From an uncultured Acidobacteriota bacterium (GTDB lineage Bacteria > Acidobacteriota > Terriglobia > Acidiferrales > UBA7541): a stretch of DNA of 64,000 nucleotides. Both the position numbers and the translations under genes were made by a program. Positions 53,721-62,786 of the stretch are shown piece after piece (the stretch's first letter is position 1; each line of letters opens with the position of its first letter). The notes beneath the pieces are model-generated. The model was not told the DNA's origin. It searched no databases and saw only the letters and a list, made by a program, of their open reading frames with translations. The DNA is taken from the NCBI GenBank assembly GCA_963784015.1, contig CAWAPX010000023.1, positions 190,229-254,228 on the forward strand, given 5' to 3'.

Positions 53721-54176
53721 TCAAGCGCCGGTGTTTTTTTTGCGTTCCTGCTCCATCATTTGGCGCATCGCCGCGCTTGAGCCCGGTGCTTTCTTTTCGC
53801 GCCAGGCCTCCAGCCGTTTGCAAGTATCTTCAATGTTGGAAAACAGGTGCGGATTCTTGAACGCAGACCGCCAAATGGGCACGACGGAGTGCATGCGGTC
53901 CCACACGACCCAGATCTCGCCGTTACTTTCGAAGAAAAGCTCATCGTTGATTAGGCCGCGATTGACGATACTGGCCACCATGTCCCAATAGCTGATGACC
54001 ATGCGGATGAATGTGTTTTCTTCGCCGCCCTGCGGAAACTTCTGAATCATGTCCTCGGGCGACAAAGGGTGAAAGTGTTCCAGGAACCAGGCGCGCGCTT
54101 GCCGCAGCGTGGGCTCGCGTCTCATTTCGTAGAGCTTCAACATCAGATTCACTTCATCGTACGTAACTTGGCTCAT
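53721..54176 (-). CDS. Hypothetical protein (conserved-looking, soluble)
   Basis: ATG 54176 is preceded by AGGAG at 7 nt. 151 aa: MSQVTYDEVNLMLKLYEMRREPTLRQARAWFLEHFHP... I recognise no domain. It lies 16 nt downstream of the MscS stop on the same strand. Confidence 0.55.
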   Translation of the reverse strand: MSQVTYDEVNLMLKLYEMRREPTLRQARAWFLEHFHPLSPEDMIQKFPQGGEENTFIRMVISYWDMVASIVNRGLINDELFFESNGEIWVVWDRMHSVVPIWRSAFKNPHLFSNIEDTCKRLEAWREKKAPGSSAAMRQMMEQERKKNTGA

Positions 54177-54192
54177 TTCGGGTCTCCTGGCT

Positions 54193-55071
54193 CTAATTCT
54201 GGTGGTCTGGTTTGGGTGTCTCTGGCAGAGAAGGAGAGGCATTCATCAGCTCAAAGCGTTGCACGGTGGACAGGGGAAGGCCTTGGCGTTGAAACTCGGT
54301 TTGAATGCGGCGGCGAAGTTCGCGAGAAACCTCATCTTGCCGCGTCGGCGCGGTGCGCACCTGTAATCGCACGGTGGAGGACGAGCGGTCAAAGGCTTGC
54401 ACGCCCAAAATACGCGGTCCATCGACGAGTGCCTGAGACCACGACGGATCGGCGCGCATCTCCGCAGCAGCGGCTTCCAAAGCATGCATGGTTTTCTCTA
54501 GGGATATTTCGGGGGCGATGGATATGTCCACAAAGGCTTGCGACCAGTCGCGGCTAAGGTTGCTCACTGTGCGAATTTCGCCGTTGGCAATGGTCACCAG
54601 CGCGCCTCGGGCATCGCGTAAGACGGTGCGGCGCAACGTCAAATGCTCGACGCGGCCGGTCGTGTCTGCAACCTGAATTGTATCACCTATCACATATTGG
54701 TCTTCGAGCACGATATAGAAGCCGGTAATCAGGTCGCGGACAAAATTTTGCGCGCCGAAACCCACTGCGACGCTGACCAGGCCGGCAAGCGTCAAGGCCG
54801 GGATGGGATTGATACCAACTTTGTCTACGGCCGTCAGCAACGCCACGAACCAGACAACCTTGCTTGCCGAGCCATAGAGGACGCTGGCGAGTGTGCGGGT
54901 TTGCTGTTCGCGGACCTGCGCGGCGCGGCTCTGCGTGGCGGCCGGTTTGATCATCAAATTGGTCATCACGCGGAGAAAGCGGTTGATGAGCAGCGCAATA
55001 ATGAAGATGGCGACGAGGTCAAGTATGGTGCTTACTGTGAATTCGGGCCAGTGAATGGAGAGACTGGTCAT
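54193..55071 (-). CDS. Mechanosensitive ion channel (MscS) family protein
   Basis: ATG 55071 gives 292 aa with three N-terminal helices. The pore helix and beta domain read LVSVAVGFGAQNFVRDLITGFYIVLEDQYVIGDTIQV...GRVEHLTLRRTVLRD. Confidence 0.85.
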   Translation of the reverse strand: MTSLSIHWPEFTVSTILDLVAIFIIALLINRFLRVMTNLMIKPAATQSRAAQVREQQTRTLASVLYGSASKVVWFVALLTAVDKVGINPIPALTLAGLVSVAVGFGAQNFVRDLITGFYIVLEDQYVIGDTIQVADTTGRVEHLTLRRTVLRDARGALVTIANGEIRTVSNLSRDWSQAFVDISIAPEISLEKTMHALEAAAAEMRADPSWSQALVDGPRILGVQAFDRSSSTVRLQVRTAPTRQDEVSRELRRRIQTEFQRQGLPLSTVQRFELMNASPSLPETPKPDHQN

Positions 55072-55168
55072 CGTTTTTTCGGGAGTGAAAGTATAACATT
55101 GGATGAGCGGGGATGCGCGCTGGCGGCTAGTTGAATTTTGGGCTGCTGGCAGCGGGGGCGAGGTGGGT

Positions 55169-55528
55169 ATGTATGAGACGAGACGAGCGTTTTTGACGAT
55201 ATTGGCGGGCGCGGGCACGGCGGCAATCCTACGCGGTCAGACGGAACGCGGACAAACCAAACCGACGGACCGGCCATCGGTCCCGGACCCAAGTCCGGAT
55301 GCGGACGCTCCGGGCGGTTTGCCAGGAAAATCACCGACCAAGGTGCTGCTCGAAGCAAACGAAAAGGATATTAAGAAAAATATCGAGAAACTCTATCAGC
55401 TCGCGACTGACTTGAAGGAGGAAATAGAGAAAACGGACTCTTCTCAGGTGCTCTCGCTGGCGATGGTGAAAAAAGCGGAAGAAATTGAAAAGCTCGCGCA
55501 CGTGATCAAGACGCGAGCAAAGGGCTGA
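55169..55528 (+). CDS. Hypothetical small exported protein (TAT-like signal, C-terminal coiled-coil-like Lys/Glu-rich segment)
   Basis: ATG 55169 gives MYETRRAFLTILAGAGTAAILRG, then a Pro/Asp-rich linker, then KDIKKNIEKLYQLATDLKEEIEK. I recognise no family. Confidence 0.5.
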   Translation: MYETRRAFLTILAGAGTAAILRGQTERGQTKPTDRPSVPDPSPDADAPGGLPGKSPTKVLLEANEKDIKKNIEKLYQLATDLKEEIEKTDSSQVLSLAMVKKAEEIEKLAHVIKTRAKG

Positions 55529-55673
55529 AGCAAAGCGATTTTGTCCGCGTGCGAGTATTAAGAGGTAGTGGAAAGTGCTCTGGCGCGGAATGAGCGCACG
55601 CGCTAAAATGATGGCTGAAGCGGCGATTTTAACGTATGCACGTTTCCATTGCTGTCTTCTGAATCGTCACAGT

Positions 55674-55750
55674 GCGCCCGTAGCTCAGATGGATAGAGCG
55701 ACAGCCTCCGAAGCTGTAGGTCGTGAGTTCGACCCTCACCGGGCGCGCCA
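55674..55750 (+). tRNA. tRNA-Arg (anticodon CCG)
   Basis: Cloverleaf folded by hand. The acceptor stem is GCGCCCG/CGGGCGC, the D arm GCTC...GAGC, the anticodon arm ACAGC-CTCCGAA-GCTGT (CCG) and the T arm GTGAG-TTCGACC-CTCAC. The discriminator is G and the CCA end is encoded. Confidence 0.95.
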
Positions 55751-55842
55751 TTTTTTCCGGGCTTTTCCCTGCAGGTAGATAAGCGGATGCGCTTCCAGAA
55801 GTTTGGAACCTTGGCCGCCTGACGCGCCGATCAAAACCTACT

Positions 55843-56514
55843 TTATAATTTGCGGCCAAGAAAAATAGTGTGGTGGGGACCGCCACTTTTCAGGCGACCA
55901 CGGACGCTCTGCATCTCGACGTCGAAACCGGCAGCTCCCAAGCGCTGCACGTATTTCCGATCCTCTCGTGTCGCCCAGACAGCAAGCACCCCATTCGTGT
56001 TGAGACCAGCATGGGCGGCAGCTACACCGTGCTCATCGTAAAGCCCGGCGTTGTTCGAGGAGGCAAATGCAGCGGGACCGTTGTCCACGTCGAGTAGCAC
56101 GGCATCAAATGGCCCGAGTCGCGAACTGAGTATGGCGGCGACGTCACCGATTTCGACCCGTACCCTCTTATCCTTCAGCGGATGCCCCGCCAACGGCCCA
56201 AGCGGGTCGCGATTCCACTCCACAACGGCGGGAACCAGTTCAGCGACGAACACCATCGCGTGCGCGGGGAGAAGATCGAGCGTCGCGCGTAGAGTGAAAC
56301 CCATTCCGAGGCCGCCAATGAGCACGCTGGGTCGATCCAACTTCCCCAAGTGTTGGCAGGCGAGCGTGGCCAGGGCCTCCTCGGAGCCATGCATACGGCT
56401 GGTCATTAGAACGGCGCCGTCGGCGAGGATGAGGTACTCGTCGCCGCGACGAGTCAGCTTCATGACGGTACCGTCTGCAGAAATTGCGTGGCCGAGCAAT
56501 TCGAAAGGCTTCAC
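55843..56514 (-). CDS. Spermidine synthase-like class I methyltransferase-fold protein
   Basis: 223 aa. RPSVLIGGLGMGFTLRATLDLL...VFVAELVPAVVEWN...FDAVLLDVDNGP resembles short spermine/spermidine-synthase-like proteins. Confidence 0.6.
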   Translation of the reverse strand: MKPFELLGHAISADGTVMKLTRRGDEYLILADGAVLMTSRMHGSEEALATLACQHLGKLDRPSVLIGGLGMGFTLRATLDLLPAHAMVFVAELVPAVVEWNRDPLGPLAGHPLKDKRVRVEIGDVAAILSSRLGPFDAVLLDVDNGPAAFASSNNAGLYDEHGVAAAHAGLNTNGVLAVWATREDRKYVQRLGAAGFDVEMQSVRGRLKSGGPHHTIFLGRKL

Positions 56515-56710
56515 GCGTGCGATGTTACAGGAACGGAAATCTTAAGTAAAAATGGACCGTCCTGAAATTGACCCCGAAGGCGTCCCATTTCGCCAGATAC
56601 TTGCCGGGAATCCGTCTTCACTCAACGAGCGAAACTGTCTTCTGATCGACGTTAAAAACACACCGAGAGCCAACCCCACAGCTGCGAACGTGCGTTTGCA
56701 GGCTCAGGCG

Positions 56711-59700
56711 TTAATCAATATCGTCGCCATCGTCCGATTCTGGCGCCTGGGTTTCCAGATGAATTTCTGGAAGACTTGCATCGTGGAGCTGCTTGTTCAA
56801 TGCCGGAAGATCAACCGTTTTCAATTGATTCCATTGCTTGGATACTTCAGCAAAAGTTTTTTCGGTGGCAGCCGTGGCGTTCAATTGTGCAACGGTCGGC
56901 GTCGCGTCAGCGCGTCCTATTTCTGCGTAGAGCGTGCTAGCCTCGCCGTTGACGCGGCCGAGCGTTGGCTTTGCCGAGGGAGGAGCGAAGAACCCGCTTG
57001 CGCCAAGAAGCGCGGTGAGTTTCTTGTCGAAAGCGGAAACCGCATCCGCCACCGGACCGCTTGCCTGCTTGCTGAGTTTCTCTAACTGTTCATGCGCGGA
57101 GCGCGCTCTCATGAGGTCTTCCGAGCTTTCTGACATCAGTTTTGCCAGCTGTGACTGGAGCTGGAACATCTGCACGAGTCCTTCGTGAGCGGTTTTCACG
57201 CGTGGATCCATTTTTACCGTCAACGATTCCGTGAATGTGTGGCCACCCACAGTGAGGCGAACGGTGTACTGACCGGGAAGAGCGGTGGGGCCCTGTGGCT
57301 GTCGCGGTGTGTCTCCTGGTATCGCGGCGATGGGATAGTCATAGCGTGTGGAAACGGGCGTCGTGTAGTGCAAGTCCCACACCCAACGATGCATGCCCGC
57401 AGTGGTCGCAAGAATTTTCGGCATGCGCACCCAGTACGGCGGAATCAGCTGCTTGGCGATATCTTCTTCAGTGAGATCCGGCTTGTCTGTGCTGGCGTAG
57501 CGCCGCACAACTTTGGATTGCGCGTCGAGAATCTCGATCTTGACGGCACCATCAGCCGGCTGCGCGAGAAAATAGTCCACGATGGCGCCATCGGGAGGGT
57601 TTTTCGCCGTCGGTTCATCTGGTGGAATTGGCGTATCCGTGTTGGTATCGCGCATCACGCGATACGCCACGCCGGGCTTGAAGAGAAACGCCGGCGATTT
57701 CTGCATCGATTCGGTGATCTGACGCAGCGGAGTGATGTCGTCCAAAATCCAGAACGAGCGCCCGTGCGTGGCTACGATCAGGTCGTCATCATGAATCCAA
57801 AGGTCGCGCATGGAAGAGTGCGGCAAATTGAGTTCGAGGCTTTGCCAGTGGTCGCCGTCATCAAAAGAGACCCACACGCTTGTTTCCGTGCCTGCGAACA
57901 ACAGCCCCTTGCGAACGGAGTCTTCGCGCACGGTATCGACAGCGGAGTTATCGGGTAAGCCAGCGGTGATGAGCTTCCATGTCTTCCCGCCATCGTGCGT
58001 GCGATAAATGTACGGATGCTGATCATCGATGCGAAATCGGCTGACGGAAGCGTAAGCACTCACGTCATCGAAATGTGAGCCGACGAGTTGAGAGACCTTG
58101 CTCCACGGCGTCAGTTCAGGCGGCGTGATGTTTTTCCAATTGGCTCCCGCGTCGTGCGTGTTCCAAATCTGGCCGTCGTCTGTTCCTGCCCAAATCGTGT
58201 TCAGTGATTTAAATGAAGGAGCCAATGAATAGATGACTCCGCGTTGCTTATCGGCATTGGGGTCTTTGCTGGCGGCGTTGCCAACGCTTGGAGGAACGCC
58301 GGAATGTTCTCGTGAGAGATCCGGGCTAATGACCTTCCAGGTGTTCCCGCCATCCAAAGTCTTAAAAAGAAAATTCGTTGCGTAGTACAGAGTCTTCTGA
58401 TCGATCGGCGAGAAAATGATCGGCTGTGTGCGATCGGCACGATATTTGGGATCAGCTACGGGAATCGGTGAGACATTTTGTACCTGGCCCGTTTTCAAAG
58501 AATATTTCGTGACCTCGCGCCTGCCTGCTCCATAAATAATGTCCGGGTTGAGTGGGTCTGGCGCGGCGTAGCCGTATTCGATGACGCCGACGGGATGCCA
58601 ATCGCGATATGTAATTTCGCCATCGTTGCCTCGGCTCGAAACGCAGACCGAGCCGCTTTCCTGTTGTCCGCCGCAAACGAGATAGGGAAACGAACTGCTG
58701 GTCGCCACGTGATAGAGCTGCGCTGTGGGCTGGTTGTACCAGGTGCTCCACGTATTCCCGCCATTCACGGTTACAAGCGCGCCTTGATCGGCGACCAGCA
58801 AAATAATGTTCGGATCATTCGGGTTGATCCACATATTTTGATAATCGTCGCCGCCCGGAGCACCGCGGAAACTCATCCACGTTTTTCCGCCATCCGTCGA
58901 TTTCATCGTCACAGTGCTGGTGCTATAGACGATATCCGGATTCTTGGTGTCAACTCTTGGCATGGGCAAATCGCCGCCGCCGATGCGTCCCGCAGGCCGT
59001 GGGTCGGTGGTGATGTGTTGCCAATTTTCTCCGGCGTCATCGGAACGATAAATCCCGACTTCGTTTCCGGGACTATTCGCATCGCGCGAACCGGCCACGC
59101 TGGCGTAAAGCCTGCTCGTCTGGCTGGGGGCTATAGTTAGGTTCACTTGAATGACGACTTTAGGAAGACCGTTTGTCAGCGGATGCCAGGTCTTGCCGCC
59201 GTCAGTTGACTTGAAGAGTCCACCGCCGGGTCCGTTATATTGATTTCCGTCCTCCCAAGGGCCTAGCCGCAACTCCCAAAGCCCCGCGTATACGACATCG
59301 GGGTTTGACGGGTCGATCTCGACGTCCGAGCCGCCCACGTTTTCGCTATTGGAAAGAACCTTCTTCCAATTTTGGCCGCCGTCGGTCGAAAGGTAAATTC
59401 CGCGCTCTTCGTTTGGACCGTAGGGATGGCCGAGCGCAGCAGCGAAAACGCGATTCGGATCGCGCGGATCAACGGCCAGAGCCGGTATGCCCTGGCTGTT
59501 GCGCAGGCCGAGATGAGTCCATGTTTTGCCCGCGTCGGTCGACTTATAAATCCCGTCGCCGACCGCAAGATCGGGACGAGCCAGGCCTTCGCCGCTGGAA
59601 ACATAAATTATGTTCGGATTGGAAGGTGCGACGGCGATGGCGCCGACCGCTTGCGAAGGCTGGTCGTCAAAGATCGGCGTCCAGGTGCGGCCGAAGTCGT

Positions 59701-59917
59701 CGGTTTTCCAAACGCCGCCATTCACAGCGCCAACGTAGAAAACATTCGGCTGGCTCGGCACGCCGCACGAGGCGCGCGTCCGGCCGCCGCGAGTGGGGCC
59801 AATCATCCGCCAGCGAAGCTCCTGGTACGTACTCTTGGGATACTGCTGCGCTTTGCTTGCTTTCGCGCCAGGGAATAAGCAGAGACAGACAAGCACAACT
59901 ATCGAGAGTAGTTTCAT
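56711..59917 (-). CDS. BNR/Asp-box repeat, sortilin/VPS10-like (GH74-like fold) secreted protein
   Basis: ATG 59917 gives the signal peptide MKLLSIVVLVCLCLFPGAKA. Many S-x-D-x-G-x-T-W Asp-box repeats follow (TDDFGRTW, STDAGKTW, STDGGQNW, STDGGKTW, SDDAGENW, ...). A C-terminal region of about 300 aa lacks repeats. Confidence 0.8.
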   Translation of the reverse strand: MKLLSIVVLVCLCLFPGAKASKAQQYPKSTYQELRWRMIGPTRGGRTRASCGVPSQPNVFYVGAVNGGVWKTDDFGRTWTPIFDDQPSQAVGAIAVAPSNPNIIYVSSGEGLARPDLAVGDGIYKSTDAGKTWTHLGLRNSQGIPALAVDPRDPNRVFAAALGHPYGPNEERGIYLSTDGGQNWKKVLSNSENVGGSDVEIDPSNPDVVYAGLWELRLGPWEDGNQYNGPGGGLFKSTDGGKTWHPLTNGLPKVVIQVNLTIAPSQTSRLYASVAGSRDANSPGNEVGIYRSDDAGENWQHITTDPRPAGRIGGGDLPMPRVDTKNPDIVYSTSTVTMKSTDGGKTWMSFRGAPGGDDYQNMWINPNDPNIILLVADQGALVTVNGGNTWSTWYNQPTAQLYHVATSSSFPYLVCGGQQESGSVCVSSRGNDGEITYRDWHPVGVIEYGYAAPDPLNPDIIYGAGRREVTKYSLKTGQVQNVSPIPVADPKYRADRTQPIIFSPIDQKTLYYATNFLFKTLDGGNTWKVISPDLSREHSGVPPSVGNAASKDPNADKQRGVIYSLAPSFKSLNTIWAGTDDGQIWNTHDAGANWKNITPPELTPWSKVSQLVGSHFDDVSAYASVSRFRIDDQHPYIYRTHDGGKTWKLITAGLPDNSAVDTVREDSVRKGLLFAGTETSVWVSFDDGDHWQSLELNLPHSSMRDLWIHDDDLIVATHGRSFWILDDITPLRQITESMQKSPAFLFKPGVAYRVMRDTNTDTPIPPDEPTAKNPPDGAIVDYFLAQPADGAVKIEILDAQSKVVRRYASTDKPDLTEEDIAKQLIPPYWVRMPKILATTAGMHRWVWDLHYTTPVSTRYDYPIAAIPGDTPRQPQGPTALPGQYTVRLTVGGHTFTESLTVKMDPRVKTAHEGLVQMFQLQSQLAKLMSESSEDLMRARSAHEQLEKLSKQASGPVADAVSAFDKKLTALLGASGFFAPPSAKPTLGRVNGEASTLYAEIGRADATPTVAQLNATAATEKTFAEVSKQWNQLKTVDLPALNKQLHDASLPEIHLETQAPESDDGDDID

Positions 59918-60260
59918 CCGACGCACGTGGCACCTCAAAGAAAAATTTGAATGGCGCAGCAAAAACGAACCGCCTACGGCTCCGATTTGCTGGAGGCGGT
60001 GTTCCGTTCACAACGAAAGCCAATTTATGAAAGCAAACGCCGGCCAGAACTATGAACCCAATCGCGAGAAAACTCAATGCGCTCCCGCAATGTGTGGGAG
60101 AAAGCGAGCGCACAGGCACTGTGAAGTGCGCTAGTCGACCGAGACCTCCAGTTCACCCCTCGCGCGCTTGGCGCAGCCTTGAATCCGTAATCCTTGTGAG
60201 CTTTCCAGCCGCAGGGTAAACTTTCGCCAGTATTTCGTGCCGAGCTTGTGGGAGGTAGTC

Positions 60261-61163
60261 ATGGCCCGTGTTGTCCGCTGCGGTCTGATCCAGGCCAGTT
60301 GTGAATGGTCGCCCGAAAAATATTCCCTCGCGCAAATCAAACAAAAAATGATGGCGAAGCATGACGACCTCATCGCCGCCGCCGCGAAGAAAAAAGTCCA
60401 GGTGCTCGGCCTGCAGGAACTTTTCTATGGCCCCTATTTTTGCGCCGAGCAGCAAACGCGTTGGTACGAACTCACCGAGTCCGTCCCCAATGGCCCGACT
60501 ATCACGCACATGCAAAAACTCGCAAAAAAACATCAGATGGTCCTCGTCGTCCCTATCTACGAAGTCGAAATGACCGGAGTTTATTTCAATACGGCCGCAG
60601 TGATCGACGCTGACGGCCGCTACCTGGGAAAATATCGCAAGCACCACATTCCTCATTGCCACCCGGGCTTTTGGGAAAAGTTTTATTTCACTCCGGGTAA
60701 CGCTGGTTACCCTGTCTTCCAAACGCGGTACGCCCGCGTCGGCGTTTATATCTGCTACGACCGCCATTTCCCCGAAGGCGCTAGAGTCCTCGGCTTGAAC
60801 GGCGCGGAAATTGTCTACAATCCCTCCGCCACCGTCGCCGGGCTCTCCGAATATCTCTGGGAACTCGAGCAACCCGCCCACGCCGTCGCTAACCAATACT
60901 TCGTCGCTGCCATCAATCGCGTCGGCACAGAAGCTCCGTGGAAAATCGGCGAATTCTACGGCAAGAGCTATTTCTGCGATCCGCGTGGAAAAATCGTCGC
61001 GCAAGCCAGCCGCGACAAAGACGAACTGCTCGTCGCTGAACTCAATCTCGACGACATTCAAAAAGTCCGCGATACCTGGCAGTTTTATCGCGACCGCCGC
61101 CCCGAAACCTACGGCGAAATCACGCGCACCCGCGCCGCAAACAGTTCTGAAGCAGCAGACTGA
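60261..61163 (+). CDS. Carbon-nitrogen hydrolase (beta-ureidopropionase / N-carbamoyl-amide amidohydrolase type)
   Basis: ATG 60261 is preceded by GGGAGG. The nitrilase-superfamily E-K-C triad context is LQELF, YRKHHIP and VYICYDRHFPE. Confidence 0.85.
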   Translation: MARVVRCGLIQASCEWSPEKYSLAQIKQKMMAKHDDLIAAAAKKKVQVLGLQELFYGPYFCAEQQTRWYELTESVPNGPTITHMQKLAKKHQMVLVVPIYEVEMTGVYFNTAAVIDADGRYLGKYRKHHIPHCHPGFWEKFYFTPGNAGYPVFQTRYARVGVYICYDRHFPEGARVLGLNGAEIVYNPSATVAGLSEYLWELEQPAHAVANQYFVAAINRVGTEAPWKIGEFYGKSYFCDPRGKIVAQASRDKDELLVAELNLDDIQKVRDTWQFYRDRRPETYGEITRTRAANSSEAAD

Positions 61164-61171
61164 GCAAAACC

Positions 61172-62614
61172 TTGTCCAACATGACCGACGCGCAATCCGG
61201 TTCGCTCGCTGCGGAGACGATTCGCAGCAGCTCTCTATATAACAAAGATCTAGCTCCCGTCTCGCCAGAGCGCCGCACCTGGGGCACTTACAACTACGCC
61301 GCCCTTTGGATCTCCATGAGCGTCAACATTCCCACGTATTTGCTGGCCAGCGGCATGATTGCCGGCGGCATGAGCTGGAAGCAAGCTCTCTTCACCGTTT
61401 TTCTAGGCAACGTGCTCGTGCTGATTCCGATGTTGTTGAACGCGCACGCAGGAACGCGCTACGGCATTCCCTTCCCCGTTTTCGCTCGCGCCTCGTTTGG
61501 CGTGCTGGGTGCCAACGTGCCCGCCATTTTGCGCGCGCTTGTCGCGTGCGGCTGGTTCGGCATTCAGACGTGGATTGGCGGCCAAGCGATTAACGCCATG
61601 CTTATCGCACTCGCTCCTAGCTGGCAGCACCTTCCATACGGTCCGGCGATCTGCTTTGCTTTCTTCTGGCTGCTGAATGTTCTGGTCATCCTGCGCGGCA
61701 TTGACACCATCCGCTTCTTGCAAGGTATTTCCGCGCCGTTTTTGTTGCTCATCGGGCTGGCACTTCTTCTCTGGGCCAAAGGTAAAGCGGGCGGTTTCGG
61801 TCCCATGCTGGCAACGCCCTCAAAGTTTCAGAGCTTCGGAGAATTTTTCCGTTTCTTTATTCCCTCACTTACTGGCGTGGTGGGTTTCTGGGCGACCGTC
61901 TCCCTTAACATCCCAGATTTCACCCGTTACGCCCGCAGCCAGCGCGATCAAATGCTTGGCCAGGCTTTGGGACTTCCCGCGACGATGACCTTTTATTCCT
62001 TCATCGGCATCGCTGTAACATCCGCTACTCTGATAATTTTCGGCCAAGCTCTTTGGAATCCCGTCGATGTTCTTTCGCGCCTCGGTAATCCGCTGGCCGT
62101 CGTCATCGCCATGATCGCTTTGCTTATGGCCACGCTAAATGTGAATGTCGCCGCAAACGTCGTCTCGCCCGCCAACGACTTCTCGAATCTTTCGCCGCGA
62201 CGCATCAGTTTTCGCACTGGCGGCCTCATCACCTGCGTTATGGGCATCGTGATGCAGCCATGGAAGCTGATGGCAAACTACGGCAGCTATATTTTCGGTT
62301 GGCTAGTCGGATACTCGGGGTTCCTCGGTCCGATTGCAGGCGTCTTGATCTGTGATTACTTTGTTATACGTCACAAAAATCTCTCGACACAAGATCTCTA
62401 CCAGCGCGGCGGCCTCTACGAATACTCGCGCGGCATCAATTGGCAAGCCATCGTCGCTCTCGCAGCAGGCGCCGGAGTCGCCTTCGTGGGCCTCTTCGTC
62501 CCTGCCCTCAAAGTGCTCTACAATTACGCATGGTTCGTCGGCTTCGCCGTGAGCTTCGTCGCCTATCTCGCGCTAACGCCCAAACCCGCACATGTTGTGC
62601 AGGCCGCAGACTGA
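61172..62614 (+). CDS. NCS1 family nucleobase/hydantoin:cation symporter
   Basis: 480 aa with 12 helices. The N-terminal LYNKDLAPVSPERRTWGTYNYAALWISMSVNIPTY is the NCS1 signature region. Confidence 0.9.
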   Translation: MSNMTDAQSGSLAAETIRSSSLYNKDLAPVSPERRTWGTYNYAALWISMSVNIPTYLLASGMIAGGMSWKQALFTVFLGNVLVLIPMLLNAHAGTRYGIPFPVFARASFGVLGANVPAILRALVACGWFGIQTWIGGQAINAMLIALAPSWQHLPYGPAICFAFFWLLNVLVILRGIDTIRFLQGISAPFLLLIGLALLLWAKGKAGGFGPMLATPSKFQSFGEFFRFFIPSLTGVVGFWATVSLNIPDFTRYARSQRDQMLGQALGLPATMTFYSFIGIAVTSATLIIFGQALWNPVDVLSRLGNPLAVVIAMIALLMATLNVNVAANVVSPANDFSNLSPRRISFRTGGLITCVMGIVMQPWKLMANYGSYIFGWLVGYSGFLGPIAGVLICDYFVIRHKNLSTQDLYQRGGLYEYSRGINWQAIVALAAGAGVAFVGLFVPALKVLYNYAWFVGFAVSFVAYLALTPKPAHVVQAAD

Positions 62615-62667
62615 GACCAGGAAATGAAAAAAGCGCATCCGAGCGAAGACGCAACTATGAAGATAAT

Positions 62668-62692
62668 GTCATTCCGAGCGAAGCGAGGAATC
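62668..62692. repeat. Short intergenic motif GTCATTCCGAGCGAAGCGAGGAATC
   Basis: A forward copy related to the reverse copy at 44066-44088. A partial copy, CATCCGAGCGAAGACGC, lies at about 62631-62647. Confidence 0.5.
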
Positions 62693-62786
62693 CACTTTTT
62701 CTTCTCCGTGCCCTCTGTGTCTCTGCGGCCTCTGCGCAAAATCTTTTTCTTTCTTTTTCCTTCGACTCAACTTTCGTGAGGCTCCT

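Noticed and set aside
55674-55750. tRNA-Arg as an integration site for a genomic island.
   Set aside because: There is no integrase. I could not spot a direct repeat of the tRNA 3' end in the window. The flanking genes look like ordinary chromosomal genes.
60153-61061. Long antisense ORFs opposite confident genes: this 302-aa one, plus 45130..46095, 49753..50739, 47044..47886, 24290..25126, 8357..9157, 1223..1978, 4858..5535 and 57185..57958.
   Set aside because: Each lies fully inside and antisense to a gene with clear family motifs. Such stop-free antisense frames are expected in GC-rich DNA. None shows a recognisable domain.
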